A stretch of DNA of 64,000 nt from the NCBI GenBank assembly GCA_044227145.1, contig JBGAFR010000002.1:48703-112702 (forward strand). The letters are read 5' to 3'. Position numbers and translations under genes: made by a program. Positions 1-10,520 of the stretch are shown piece by piece (position 1 is the stretch's first letter; each line of letters begins with the position of its first letter). This DNA comes from Lysobacteraceae bacterium. Lineage in GTDB: Bacteria > Pseudomonadota > Gammaproteobacteria > Xanthomonadales > Xanthomonadaceae. Below the pieces are notes generated by a model, which worked only from the letters and a program-made list of their open reading frames with translations, was not told the DNA's origin and searched no databases.

Positions 1-1
1 G

Positions 2-142
2 CTGTCGGTCGGCAAGGCGGTGGAAGGCGTGGCCGAGAAGAGCCCGATCGTGCAGGAACTGCTGCAGAAGCTGATGTCGCTGCAGCTGGGTGGCGCCAAG
101 GCACCGGCCGTGCAGGTCGAAGCCGCGGCCGACCAAGCCTGA
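2..142 (+). CDS. 3' end of an upstream gene (partial), possibly a flotillin/SPFH-family protein
   Basis: Open frame LSVGKAVEGVAEKSPIVQELLQKLMSL...ADQA ends at TGA 140-142. The family is guessed only from recalled synteny with DUF3686 ATPases. Confidence 0.35.
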   Translation: MSVGKAVEGVAEKSPIVQELLQKLMSLQLGGAKAPAVQVEAAADQA

Positions 143-215
143 GTCCGTACGGTCGCACCATGTCCGCCAGCGCTTGCCGGCGGACGGGCACTGATGCATC
201 ACGAGGCAGGACACG

Positions 216-3200
216 ATGTCGGACAAGATCGAAACCGCCGCGGTCGACGCGGCGCCGGCCACGGACGCCGCGGTGGACCGCGCCGTCGCCGAAGGCGGCG
301 CCTACGAAGTGCTGCGCCGTCGCCTCGACGCGCAGGGCGAGACGCTGCGCACCCGCGTCGATGCGCTGAACACGGCCCGGATCGAGGCCTTCGGCGCGAG
401 CCGGATGGAGATGATCGGTCGCGTCCGCATCCGCACGGAGCACAACTGCGTCGCGCGCGACATCGTCCAGGTCGGCGACTGCCTGCTGTTCGGCTACAAC
501 GTGTTCATGGGGCTGAAGAAGACCACCCGGGTCGAGGACGTGTTCTCGCTGTACCGGCTGGTCGAGGGCGAGGCCGGCTACGACGTGGTGCCGGTGGAGA
601 TTGCCGGCAGCTTCCTCGCCGAGCCGGCGTTCGCGAAGGACTTCGGCGAGCTGTTCGCCTATTACCAGCATGCGCGCCTGCTGCAGCTGGTCGTGCGCGA
701 TGGCCTGTTCCTGGCTGCGTTCCAGATCGGCGAGCGCATCGAAGACATGCGCGTGTTCCGCTGGAGCGTCGGCGCGGACGGCAGCGTGCGCTACGTCGAC
801 AACCGCGGCGAGCGCGACATCGCGCTGCCGGCGCCGTACGACTTCGAATGGACCCGCGCCGGCCGCGAGCAGGCGGTGAACGGGCGCCACCCGCATCTGA
901 ACATCCTCGACACGCTGTTCGTGGAGACGGTCGGCGGCGACCTCACGATCAAGATCGAGAACAACACCGAATCCGGTCTCGGCCTCTACAGCGAGCCGGT
1001 GGAGGACAAGACCCAATCGCTGGACGACGCGCAGATCGAATACGCCCGCGTCGGCACGCTGGTGCTGCTGCGCGTGCTGCCGTACCGCGAGAAAACGTGG
1101 CGCCATCTCGCCTACAGCACCGTGGCGCGCAAGGTGTACCGCATCGACGCCATCGGCCAGGCCTGCGTGCAGTTGCCGGAGGACCACGGCATCGTGTTCC
1201 CGGGCGGCTATCTGCTGCAGAGCGGCGAACTGCGCACGTTCGACCAGGACGTGCAGGGCATGCGCTTCCGGCGCATGCTGCGCGCGCCCAACGGCGAGGA
1301 CGTGCTGTACCTGTTCTACGAGCCGGAGGACGGCCGCATCGCGCTGTGCGTCTACAACACCATCGAGCGCGGCATGCAGCCGCCGGTGATCGGCCACGGT
1401 TACGCGCGGCTGGGCGACGGGCGCATGGTGATCTTCAGCGCCGACTCCGCGGAACCGACGCGGGTCCATCCGATGCAGGTCTGGCGCACGCCGTTCGCGG
1501 CCGAGGAGCACGCACTCGCGCAGCCGGCCGGCACCGGCTTCTTCGCGCGCGTCGGCAATCCCGACCTGGTGCGTGGCCTGTCGGACCTTCGCGATCTCTC
1601 GCGCGAGATCGCGACCGAAGCGCTGTCCGCCGGGCACTACCAGCGCCTGAGCCAGAACGCGCGGCGGCTGTTCGATCGTCACCACTGGATCGAGGACCCG
1701 CAGTGCGAGGGCCTGGCGCCACTGCTGCGCGAGATCGTCGCCGGCAGCGAGGCGGTACTCGACGAGTACGAGAAGGTCGAAAGCCTGCGTCGTCGCGCCG
1801 CCGAGGCGATGCAAGAAGCCGAGACCCGGCAGCGCGAACTGCTCGACGGCCTGCACCCGGATCGCTGGGAGCGCGTGCAGGACTGCGTCGATGCGCTGAA
1901 TGCCCTGTCGGCGCAGCGCGGGCGCTGGATGACGCTGCGCGAGCAGCGCTATGCCGACCTGCCGGCGATCGATGCGATGGATGCCGGGTTGCAGGAAACG
2001 CAGGCGCGCACCGCGGCGGCGGCCGGCGACTTCCTCGCCGATGCGCGCGTGCTGCAGCCGTACGAGGTCCGCATCGGCGAACTCGACGCGCAGGTGCAGC
2101 AGGCGGAGGGCGCGGCCGCGCTGCGCGAGCCGCTCGATGCGATGCGCACGCTGTCCGCGGACCTCGACCTGCTGTCCGAACTGATGGCGACGCTGCCGGT
2201 GGACGATGCCGCGCAGCGCACCCGCGTGGTCGAAACGATCTCGGCGCTGTACGCGAAGCTCAACCAGGCCCGCGCTCGCGCCGAGCAGCGCCGCAAGCAG
2301 CTCGGTGCAGGCGAGGCGGTGGCCCAGTTCGGCGCCCAGTTCGCACTGTTCGGGCAGGGCATCGCCGGCGCGCTGTCGGCGGCACGCGATCCCGACGCCT
2401 GCGACCAGGCCCTGTCGCGACTGCTGCTGCAGCTGGAGGAGATCGAAGGCCGCTTCGGAGAACACGAACAGTTCCTCGCCGACATCGCCACCAAGCGCGA
2501 GGAGCTGATCGAGACCTTCGAGGCGCACAAGCAGGCGCTGCTCGACGAGCGCCAGCGCCGCGCGCAGTCGCTGGCCGACGCCGCGGCGCGGATCCTCGAC
2601 GGCTTACCGCGCCGCACCGAGCGGCTGGGCGATCCAGACGTGCTCAACGCGTTCTTCGCCGGCGATCCGCTGGTGCTGAAGCTGCGCGACCTCGCCGCGC
2701 GCCTGCGCGAGCTGCAGGACAGCGTGCGCGCGGACGACCTCGAGGCGCGGCTCAAGCGCGTCCGCGACCAGTCGGTGCGTGTGCTGCGCGACCGCAGCGA
2801 GCTGTTCGAGGAAGGCGGCAACGTCGTGCGCCTCGGTCCGCGCCACCGTTTCAGCGTCAACACCCAGTCGCTGGACCTCACCGTGCTGCCGCGCGGCGAC
2901 GGACTGGCGCTGCATCTCACCGGCACCGGCTATTTCGCGCCGGTGCAGGATGCCGAACTCGACGCGTTGCGCGACGTGTGGGACAGTCCGCTGGAATCGG
3001 AATCGCCGTGGCTGTGCCGTGCGGAATATCTCGCCGGCGCGGTGCTGGCCTCGGCCGAGGCGGGCGAGGACGGGCTCGACGCCGACGCGCTGCTGGCGCA
3101 GGCCAAGCAGCCGGAGCGGTTGGCGAAGACCGTCCACGATTTCGCCGCGCAGCGGTACCGCGAAGGCTACGAGAAGGGCATCCACGACCACGATGCGGTG

Positions 3201-5537
3201 AAGCTGCTGCTCGCGCTGCTGCCCTTGCGCGAGGCCGCGGGCACGCTGGCCCATGCGCCCGATGCGCGCGCATGGGCCAGCGTCGCATGGGCGCAACTGC
3301 ATGCGCGACCCGAGGCCGCGCAGTGGCCGACGCGCGCGCGGAACGCGCAGGGCATCGATCGCGTGTTCGCGCAGCGCACCGGCCTCGACGCGCTGCGCGG
3401 CGAACTCGCCGATACGCTGGCCGCGCTCGCCGAATCGGCCGGACTGACGTTCGACATGTCGCTGCAGACGCGCGCCGCCGCCTATCTGGTCGATGTACTG
3501 GCCGCGCCGCGGGCGACCTTCGCGTTCAGTCGCCATGCCCGCGCACTGTACGAGGCGCTGCGCCAGCGCCTCGACGGCGACCGGCTCTGGGACGAACTGC
3601 AGGCTGCGCTGAACGCGAGTACCGACGACCTCGGCACGCGCTGGCGGCTGGCGATGCAGTGGTGCGGCGCGCTGGCCGCGGATCCGGCATGCGTCGATCT
3701 CGCCGCGTATGCGCCCGAAGCCGCCGCCCTGCTGCTCCTCGGCGACGAAGCGCTGGCGCAGGTGCGCGAGACCGAATTGCGGGCGCGCGTCGACGGCCTG
3801 CTCGGCGAGCATCCGCGGATCTTCGACGGTGCCATCGTCCTCGGCGTGGACGACTTCGCCGAGCGCCTGCGTCGCCACCGCGAGGACTTCCTGCCGCGCT
3901 TCCGTCGCTGCCAGCAGTTGCGCCAGGCGCTGGTCGCGCGCGAGCGCGAGGCGCTGCGCCTGTCGGAATTCCAGCCGCAGCCGCTGACCTCGTTCGTGCG
4001 CAACAAGCTGATCGACGAGGTCTACCTGCCGCTGATCGGCGACAACCTCGCCAAGCAGATGGGCACCGTCGGCGAGGCCAAGCGCAGCGACCTGATGGGT
4101 CTGCTGATGCTGATTTCGCCGCCCGGCTACGGCAAGACCACGCTGATGGAGTACGTCGCGCACCGGCTCGGCCTGATCTTCATGAAGATCAACGGGCCGG
4201 CGCTGGGCCATGCGGTGCGCTCGCTGGACCCGGCGCAGGCGCCGGACGCGACCGCGCGGCAGGAGCTGGAGAAGCTCAACCTCGCGCTCGAGATGGGCGA
4301 CAACGTGATGCTGTATCTCGACGACATCCAGCACACGCACGCCGAACTGCTGCAGAAGTTCATTTCGCTGTGCGACGGCACCCGCCGCATCGAGGGCGTG
4401 TGGCGCGGCCGTACCCGCACCTACGACCTGCGCGGTCGCAAGTTCTGCGTGGTGATGGCAGGCAACCCGTACACCGAATCCGGCGAGGTGTTCCGCATCC
4501 CGGACATGCTGGCCAACCGCGCCGACGTCTACAACCTGGGCGACGTGCTCGGCGGCCGCGAACCGACGTTCCTGATGAGCTACCTGGAGAACGCGCTGAC
4601 CTCCAGCCCGGTGCTCGCGCCGCTGGCGCAGCGCGATCTCGGCGATCTGTACAGGCTCGTCGACAAGGTCGAGGGCCGGCCGTTCTCCGCGAACGCGCTG
4701 GCGCATGCCTACGGCCCGGCCGAGATCGACGAGATCGCGGCCACGCTCGAACGCCTGCTGCGCGTGCGCGACACGGTGTACGCGGTCAACCGCCAGTACA
4801 TCGCCAGCGCCGCGCAGGCCGACCGTTACCGCACCGAGCCGCCGTTCAAGCTGCAGGGCAGCTACCGCAACATGAACAAGCTGGCGGAGAAGGTGTCGCC
4901 GGCGATGAACGACGCCGAGCTGCAGCAGCTCATCGCCGACCACTACCGCGGCGAGGCGCAGCTGCTCACCGGCGGTGCCGAGGAGAACCTGCTCAAGCTC
5001 GGCGAGCTGCGCGGCACGCTGGACGCGACGCAGACCGAGCGCTGGGTGCAGATCCGGCGCGACTTCCTGCGCGACCGCGCGATGGGCGCGGGCGAGGCCG
5101 AGGTCGGTCCGCGCGTCGTCGCGCAGCTGCACGATCTGGTCGACGGCGTGCGTGGGCTGGCGTCGGCATCGGCGTCGAAGGCGGTCGAACCGCCGCCGGC
5201 CGTCGAGGCGCCATGGCCGCAACTGCTGGCCTCGCTGGAACGGCTGTCCGAACGCCTGACGCCTGCGCCGCCGCTTGCCCCGGCCGCAGCGGCCGCGAGC
5301 CCGGCGCCCGACTGGTTCGAGCGCCACGCCGAGCAGCAACAGCAGCTGCAGCAGGTGCTGGCGCTGCTCGCCGACCGGCTGTCGAGCCTGTCCGCGGCGC
5401 CGACGCCGGCCCCCGCGAAGCGCGGCAAGGCCATGCCGACCGAGGGCCCGGCGCTCGCCATGGCCCTGCGCGAGGAGCAGCTGAAGCAGGCGCTGGAGGA
5501 GTTCTCCGATCGCCTGCTGGGCAAGCCCAAGGGCTGA
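216..5537 (+). CDS. Giant AAA+ ATPase (DUF3686-type, usually annotated 'DNA repair ATPase'), 1773 aa
   Basis: Host-like codon usage. Walker A ISPPGYGKTT, Walker B VMLYLDD and a sensor-like AGNPY lie in the C-terminal third, after long helical/coiled-coil segments. Confidence 0.85.
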   Translation: MSDKIETAAVDAAPATDAAVDRAVAEGGAYEVLRRRLDAQGETLRTRVDALNTARIEAFGASRMEMIGRVRIRTEHNCVARDIVQVGDCLLFGYNVFMGLKKTTRVEDVFSLYRLVEGEAGYDVVPVEIAGSFLAEPAFAKDFGELFAYYQHARLLQLVVRDGLFLAAFQIGERIEDMRVFRWSVGADGSVRYVDNRGERDIALPAPYDFEWTRAGREQAVNGRHPHLNILDTLFVETVGGDLTIKIENNTESGLGLYSEPVEDKTQSLDDAQIEYARVGTLVLLRVLPYREKTWRHLAYSTVARKVYRIDAIGQACVQLPEDHGIVFPGGYLLQSGELRTFDQDVQGMRFRRMLRAPNGEDVLYLFYEPEDGRIALCVYNTIERGMQPPVIGHGYARLGDGRMVIFSADSAEPTRVHPMQVWRTPFAAEEHALAQPAGTGFFARVGNPDLVRGLSDLRDLSREIATEALSAGHYQRLSQNARRLFDRHHWIEDPQCEGLAPLLREIVAGSEAVLDEYEKVESLRRRAAEAMQEAETRQRELLDGLHPDRWERVQDCVDALNALSAQRGRWMTLREQRYADLPAIDAMDAGLQETQARTAAAAGDFLADARVLQPYEVRIGELDAQVQQAEGAAALREPLDAMRTLSADLDLLSELMATLPVDDAAQRTRVVETISALYAKLNQARARAEQRRKQLGAGEAVAQFGAQFALFGQGIAGALSAARDPDACDQALSRLLLQLEEIEGRFGEHEQFLADIATKREELIETFEAHKQALLDERQRRAQSLADAAARILDGLPRRTERLGDPDVLNAFFAGDPLVLKLRDLAARLRELQDSVRADDLEARLKRVRDQSVRVLRDRSELFEEGGNVVRLGPRHRFSVNTQSLDLTVLPRGDGLALHLTGTGYFAPVQDAELDALRDVWDSPLESESPWLCRAEYLAGAVLASAEAGEDGLDADALLAQAKQPERLAKTVHDFAAQRYREGYEKGIHDHDAVKLLLALLPLREAAGTLAHAPDARAWASVAWAQLHARPEAAQWPTRARNAQGIDRVFAQRTGLDALRGELADTLAALAESAGLTFDMSLQTRAAAYLVDVLAAPRATFAFSRHARALYEALRQRLDGDRLWDELQAALNASTDDLGTRWRLAMQWCGALAADPACVDLAAYAPEAAALLLLGDEALAQVRETELRARVDGLLGEHPRIFDGAIVLGVDDFAERLRRHREDFLPRFRRCQQLRQALVAREREALRLSEFQPQPLTSFVRNKLIDEVYLPLIGDNLAKQMGTVGEAKRSDLMGLLMLISPPGYGKTTLMEYVAHRLGLIFMKINGPALGHAVRSLDPAQAPDATARQELEKLNLALEMGDNVMLYLDDIQHTHAELLQKFISLCDGTRRIEGVWRGRTRTYDLRGRKFCVVMAGNPYTESGEVFRIPDMLANRADVYNLGDVLGGREPTFLMSYLENALTSSPVLAPLAQRDLGDLYRLVDKVEGRPFSANALAHAYGPAEIDEIAATLERLLRVRDTVYAVNRQYIASAAQADRYRTEPPFKLQGSYRNMNKLAEKVSPAMNDAELQQLIADHYRGEAQLLTGGAEENLLKLGELRGTLDATQTERWVQIRRDFLRDRAMGAGEAEVGPRVVAQLHDLVDGVRGLASASASKAVEPPPAVEAPWPQLLASLERLSERLTPAPPLAPAAAAASPAPDWFERHAEQQQQLQQVLALLADRLSSLSAAPTPAPAKRGKAMPTEGPALAMALREEQLKQALEEFSDRLLGKPKG

Positions 5538-5660
5538 CGACGACCGCCGCGGCGACCCGGCCGCGGTGCCAAACCGGGGGGCAGGGCTTATCCTTGGCGG
5601 TCCTGTTCCCTGGCCGCCGCGCGCGGTGGAACGCTTTCCCGCGCCGATGCCGCCGACGAC

Positions 5661-6566
5661 ATGCCGCCCATGAGCACTCCCGCCTACCCCGACTATCCCT
5701 TCACCCCGCAGCGCTTCGAGGTCCGGCCGGGCATCGCGATGTCCTACCTCGACGAGGGTCCGCGCGACGGCGAAGTGGTGGTCATGCTCCACGGTAATCC
5801 GTCCTGGAGCTTCTACTGGCGCCACCTCGTGCTCGGCCTGAAGGACCGCTACCGCTGCATCGTGCCGGACCACGTCGGCATGGGCCTGTCGGACAAGCCC
5901 GGCGACGATCACTACCGCTACACCCTGCAGTCGCGCGTCGACGACCTCACCGCGTTGCTGAAGCACCTCGGCATCGACGGGCCAGTGACGCTGGCCGTGC
6001 ACGACTGGGGCGGGATGATCGGCTTCGGCTGGGCGCTGTCGCACGAGGCGCAGGTGCGCCGGCTGCTGATCACCAACACCGCGGCGTTCCCGCTGCCGCC
6101 GGCCAAGCCGATGCCGTGGCAGCTGACGCTCGGCCGCGACATGAAGCTGGGCGCGCTGCTGATCCGCGGCTTCAACGCCTTCGCCGCCGGCGCCGCCCGC
6201 GACGGCGTGGTGCGGAAGATGCCGGCCGACGTGCGCAAGGCGTACCTGGCGCCCTACGACTCGTGGGCGAACCGCATCTCGACGCTGCGCTTCGTGCAGG
6301 ACATCCCGCTGGCGCCGGGCGACGCGGCGTGGATGCTGGTCGATGCGGCGGGCAAGCGCCTGCCTGCCTTCGCCGACCGTCCGGCCTTCATCGGCTGGGG
6401 CCTGCGCGATTTCGTGTTCGATCATCATTTCCTGGAAGGCTTCCAGCGCGCGCTGCCGGAGGCCGAGTCGCACGCCTTCGAGGACGCCGGCCACTACGTG
6501 CTGGAAGACAAGCACGAGGTGCTGGTGCCGGCGATGCGGCGGTTCCTGGACACGCATCCGATCTGA
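5661..6566 (+). CDS. oleB: OleB beta-lactone decarboxylase (haloalkane-dehalogenase-like alpha/beta hydrolase)
   Basis: Motifs HGNPSWS, VHDWGG nucleophile elbow and GHYVLED; oleC and oleD lie downstream. Confidence 0.85.
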   Translation: MPPMSTPAYPDYPFTPQRFEVRPGIAMSYLDEGPRDGEVVVMLHGNPSWSFYWRHLVLGLKDRYRCIVPDHVGMGLSDKPGDDHYRYTLQSRVDDLTALLKHLGIDGPVTLAVHDWGGMIGFGWALSHEAQVRRLLITNTAAFPLPPAKPMPWQLTLGRDMKLGALLIRGFNAFAAGAARDGVVRKMPADVRKAYLAPYDSWANRISTLRFVQDIPLAPGDAAWMLVDAAGKRLPAFADRPAFIGWGLRDFVFDHHFLEGFQRALPEAESHAFEDAGHYVLEDKHEVLVPAMRRFLDTHPI

Positions 6567-6667
6567 CGGACTCGGCGGCGGCCCGTCCGCCCGCTTGACC
6601 CGGATCAACGCCGCGCCCGGCCGCGCCGCCTAACCTGCCGCCTCCGCAATCGCCGCGAGGGCGCGCC

Positions 6668-7930
6668 ATGGCCGAGGCAACCGGCACTTCCCTGCGTCCG
6701 TCCGAGACGGCGTTCGACCTCGTCGTGGTCGGCGCCGGGCCGGCCGGGCTGTGCTTCGCCCGCTCGCTGGCCGGCAGCGGCCTGCGCATCGCGCTGGTCG
6801 AGCGCCAGCCGCGCGCGGCGCTGGCCGAACCCGCCGAGGACGGCCGCGAGATCGCGTTGACCCACCGTTCGCAGCGGTTGATGGCCGATCTCGGCCTGTG
6901 GGCGCGGCTTGCCGAGGACGAACCGTCGGTGCTGCGCGACGCGCTGGTGCTGGACGGCGACGACGCCGACGGCCTGCGTTTCCGCCACGAGGACAGCGGC
7001 CGAGACCATCTCGGCTGGCTGGTGCCGAACCACGCGATCCGGCGCACCGCGTTCGCCGAGGCGATGACGAATCCCGATGTGACCTTGTTCGACGGCCGCA
7101 ACGTCACCGGCGTCCGCACCGATGCCGATGGCGCCGAGGTGCGGCTGGACGACGGCACCGCGCTGCGCGGCGACCTGATCGTCGCCGCCGACAGCCGCTT
7201 CTCCGAGACGCGCCGGGCGATGGGCATCGGTGCGGACATGCGCGACTTCGGCCGCACCATGCTGGTCTGCCGCGTGCGCCACGAGCGCGATCACGAGCAG
7301 ACCGCGTGGGAGTGGTTCGACTACGGCCAGACGCTGGCGCTGCTGCCGCTGCGCGACCGCCAAGCCTCGTCGGTGGTATTGACGCTGCCGCATGCCGAGG
7401 CCGCGGCGGTGCAGGCGCTGGCGCCCGAAGCCTTCGGCGCGGACATGACCCGGCGCTTCCGCGGCCGGCTGGGCGCGATGACCTTCACCGGCCCGTGCTG
7501 CGCGTATCCGCTGGTCGGCGTGTATCCGCGGAAGTTCGCGGCCGAGCGCTTCGTCGCGATCGGCGATGCCGCGGTCGGCATGCACCCGGTGACCGCGCAC
7601 GGCTTCAACTTCGGCCTGCTCGGCCAGGACACGCTGGCGAAGGCGATCCGCACCGCGCGCGCCGCCGGCCGGCCGTACTGGACGCCGGCGCTGCTGGCCG
7701 ACTACGAGCGTGCGCATCGCCGGGCGACCCGGCCGCTGTACCTCGCGACGCAGTGGCTGGCGGGGCTGTACACCGACGAACGCGCGCCGGCGAAGCACCT
7801 GCGGCGCATGGCGCTGCGCGCGGCGGCGACGTTCGCGCCGTTCCGACGGCTGGTCGCCGCGGGCCTCGTCGACGACGGCCGCGGTCCGCCGCTGCCGGGC
7901 GTGCTGGCGCGGCTGCGGCCTGCGCGCTGA
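6668..7930 (+). CDS. ubiM: FAD-dependent ubiquinone hydroxylase, UbiM-like
   Basis: GAGPAG FAD motif and IGDAAVGMHPVTAHGFNFGL, typical of the UbiH/UbiM family. Confidence 0.75.
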   Translation: MAEATGTSLRPSETAFDLVVVGAGPAGLCFARSLAGSGLRIALVERQPRAALAEPAEDGREIALTHRSQRLMADLGLWARLAEDEPSVLRDALVLDGDDADGLRFRHEDSGRDHLGWLVPNHAIRRTAFAEAMTNPDVTLFDGRNVTGVRTDADGAEVRLDDGTALRGDLIVAADSRFSETRRAMGIGADMRDFGRTMLVCRVRHERDHEQTAWEWFDYGQTLALLPLRDRQASSVVLTLPHAEAAAVQALAPEAFGADMTRRFRGRLGAMTFTGPCCAYPLVGVYPRKFAAERFVAIGDAAVGMHPVTAHGFNFGLLGQDTLAKAIRTARAAGRPYWTPALLADYERAHRRATRPLYLATQWLAGLYTDERAPAKHLRRMALRAAATFAPFRRLVAAGLVDDGRGPPLPGVLARLRPAR

Positions 7931-7933
7931 GCC

Positions 7934-8296
7934 TCAGCCAGCGGCGAGCGCCGCCACGACCGCGTCCTGCGTCAGCGGCGGCAATCCGTACACGGCGCGG
8001 GCCCGGTCGCACTGCGGGTTCGGGCCGCCGTCTTCCCACGACATCCGCAGCTCGCGGCAGGGCGACGGGCGGGCGTCGTAGATCGTGCAGTGGACCGCAT
8101 CGCCGACTGTGCCGGCGAGGGCGATGCAATGCGGGCGCTCGGCCCAGGTGCCGCGCATGCAGCGGCGGTGGCCGTCCAGCACTTCGGTGAGTTCGACCGG
8201 CACGCGGCCGCCGAGCGACGGCTCGGTTTCCGACCAGTGCATCGACACGCGGTAGGCGGCGCAGCAGGCGCCGCAGGACAGGCAGGGATGCGGCAT
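7934..8296 (-). CDS. YkgJ-family cysteine cluster protein
   Basis: MPHPCLSCGACC...CIAL...CTIYDARPSPCRE...CDRAR cysteine pattern; ATG at 8296. Confidence 0.8.
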   Translation of the reverse strand: MPHPCLSCGACCAAYRVSMHWSETEPSLGGRVPVELTEVLDGHRRCMRGTWAERPHCIALAGTVGDAVHCTIYDARPSPCRELRMSWEDGGPNPQCDRARAVYGLPPLTQDAVVAALAAG

Positions 8297-8418
8297 GCGG
8301 GTTCGTGGCCGTGCGGCCGGGCGAGGGGAGGGACGCGGCCGCATTCTGCCGCAGCGTCCGGCGTTCGCAAGCGGCCGTCGATTGGCAACCGGGCCCGCCC
8401 GCGGGGGACAATGCCGGG

Positions 8419-10077
8419 ATGACGACCGCCGACGCCCCCGCCACGCCCTGCAACATCGCCGCCTGCCTGCCGCCGCTGGCCGCGGCCCGGCCCGACCAGG
8501 TGGCGATGCGCTGCCCCGGCCGCGACGGCGCCTACGACATCGCGCTGACCTACGCCGACCTCGATCGCCGCAGCGACGCCATCGCCGCCGGGCTCGCCAC
8601 CCGCGGCATCGTCCGCGGCACCCGCACGGTGGTGATGGTGCGGCCCACGCCCGAGTTCTTCCTGCTGATGTTCGCGCTGTTCAAGGCCGGCGCGGTGCCG
8701 GTGCTGGTCGATCCCGGCATCGACCGCCGCGCACTGCGGCAGTGCCTGGACGAAGCGAAGCCGGAGGCGTTCATCGGCATCCCGCTGGCGCAGGTCGCGC
8801 GCGTGCTGTTGCGCTGGGCGCGCAGCGCGAAGGTGCGGGTGACGACCGGTGCGCGCGCGATCCTCGCCGACGTGACGCTGGCCGAGCTCGAACGCGCCGG
8901 CGCCGGCGCCGGGCCGCAGCTCGCCGACGCCGCGCCCGACGATGTCGCCGCGATCCTGTTCACCAGCGGCTCCACCGGCATCCCGAAGGGCGTGGTCTAC
9001 CGTCATCGCCATTTCGTCGGCCAGATCGCGATGATGGGGCAGGCGTTCGGCATCGCGCCGGGCGGCACAAACCTGCCGACGTTCCCGCCGTTCGCGCTGT
9101 TCGATCCCGCCCTCGGCACCACGTCGATCATTCCCGACATGGACCCGACGCGCCCCGCGCAGGCCGATCCGCGCAAGCTGCACGCGGCAATCAAGCGTTT
9201 CGGCGTGGACCAGTTGTTCGGCTCGCCGGCGCTGATGCGCGTGCTGGCCGACCACGGCCAGCCGCTGGCGGGCGTGAAGACGGTGATGTCGGCCGGCGCG
9301 CCGGTGCCTGCGGACGTGGTCGCGAAGATCCGTTCGCTGCTGCCGCCGGACGCGAATTTCTGGACGCCCTACGGCGCCACCGAATGCCTGCCGGTCGCGA
9401 TCATCGAAGGCCGCGAACTGCTGACGCTGCGTGAGCGCACGGAGCAGGGCGCCGGCACCTGCGTCGGCCGCGCGGTGCCGCCGAACGACGTGCGCCTCAT
9501 CCGCGTCGACGACGCGGCGATCGAACGCTGGTCGGACGATCTGCTGGTGCACGGCGGCCTTGTCGGCGAGATCACCGTCGCCGGTCCCACCGCCACCGAT
9601 GAATACTTCGGCCGCGAGGCGCAGACGCGGCTGGCGAAGATCCGCGAGACGCTGCCCGACGGACGCGAGCGCATCGTGCACCGCATGGGCGATCTCGGCT
9701 ATTTCGACGCCGAAGGCCGGCTGTGGTTCTGCGGCCGCAAGACCCAGCGCGTGGTCACCGCCGACGACACGCTGTGCACCGAACAGATCGAGCCGGTGTT
9801 CAACGCGCATCCCGACGTGCGCCGCACCGCGCTGGTCGGCCTCGGCACGTTCGGGTCGCAGCGGCCGGTGCTGTGCGTCGAACTGCGTGCGGGCGTCGCC
9901 GCTTCCGAATGGCCGCGCATCGAAGACGAACTCCGCCACCTCGGCGAAGGCTTCGTCCACACCGCGAAGGTGACGACGTTCCTGCATCACCCGAAACCGT
10001 TCCCGGTCGACATCCGCCACAACGCCAAGATCGGGCGCGAGAAGCTGGCGGTGTGGGCGGCGGAGCGGATGCGGTGA
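8419..10077 (+). CDS. oleC: OleC beta-lactone synthetase (AMP-binding/ANL family)
   Basis: FTSGSTGIPKG, YGATE, HRMGDLGY and the C-terminal PVDIRHNAKI; ole cluster context. Confidence 0.9.
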   Translation: MTTADAPATPCNIAACLPPLAAARPDQVAMRCPGRDGAYDIALTYADLDRRSDAIAAGLATRGIVRGTRTVVMVRPTPEFFLLMFALFKAGAVPVLVDPGIDRRALRQCLDEAKPEAFIGIPLAQVARVLLRWARSAKVRVTTGARAILADVTLAELERAGAGAGPQLADAAPDDVAAILFTSGSTGIPKGVVYRHRHFVGQIAMMGQAFGIAPGGTNLPTFPPFALFDPALGTTSIIPDMDPTRPAQADPRKLHAAIKRFGVDQLFGSPALMRVLADHGQPLAGVKTVMSAGAPVPADVVAKIRSLLPPDANFWTPYGATECLPVAIIEGRELLTLRERTEQGAGTCVGRAVPPNDVRLIRVDDAAIERWSDDLLVHGGLVGEITVAGPTATDEYFGREAQTRLAKIRETLPDGRERIVHRMGDLGYFDAEGRLWFCGRKTQRVVTADDTLCTEQIEPVFNAHPDVRRTALVGLGTFGSQRPVLCVELRAGVAASEWPRIEDELRHLGEGFVHTAKVTTFLHHPKPFPVDIRHNAKIGREKLAVWAAERMR

Positions 10078-10451
10078 ATCGCGACGACGCGCCGCTGCCG
10101 TCGCGGGAAGACCTGCGCTGGGGCTGGTGTTTCGGCTTGTTGGTGATCGTTTGCATGACGGCCGGCATGTTCACGGCGCTGGCATGGCTGGCGCCCGCAT
10201 GTCGCGATGTGCCGGGTGCCCCACATGCGGACATCTCGCCAGAAGTCGTCGAACCCCTGTGCATCTCGCTCGGCGCTTTCGTCGGCGTGCTGTGCGCTGC
10301 GACGATCGCGAGATGGCTGCAGCGGCATCGGGTGCCTGCCGCGACACGGCGGCGCTGGCGGCTGCAATTCGACGCGATGCATGCGCAGGCGGCGCCTTTG
10401 ATGAAGCCCGTGATGCGCGCGCTGCATCGCCTGCTGTTCGTGCCGGATTGA
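10074..10451 (+). CDS. Small two-TM hypothetical membrane protein
   Basis: GTG start overlaps the oleC stop (GTGA); two hydrophobic segments. Confidence 0.55.
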   Translation: MNRDDAPLPSREDLRWGWCFGLLVIVCMTAGMFTALAWLAPACRDVPGAPHADISPEVVEPLCISLGAFVGVLCAATIARWLQRHRVPAATRRRWRLQFDAMHAQAAPLMKPVMRALHRLLFVPD

Positions 10452-10468
10452 TCGACGCCGGAAACGAA

Positions 10469-10494
10469 ACGGGCCCGGCATGCGCCGGGCCCGT
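10469..10494. terminator. Intrinsic terminator-like hairpin between convergent genes
   Basis: Perfect 11-bp stem ACGGGCCCGGC-ATGC-GCCGGGCCCGT, followed by a short T run on the minus strand. Confidence 0.7.
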
Positions 10495-10520
10495 CGTGTC
10501 GCGGTGATGCGTGGATCGGC

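Noticed and set aside
194-5797. Very long alternative-frame and antisense ORFs (e.g. 194-5797, 2604-6608, 14757-16430, 17361-20852 5' part, 27743-29176, 33374-36730)
   Set aside because: Arg/Ala/Gly/Pro-rich shadow ORFs expected at this GC content; they overlap well-supported genes and have no motifs. Only the true 3' portions (truC, AAA ATPase, OMP) were kept.
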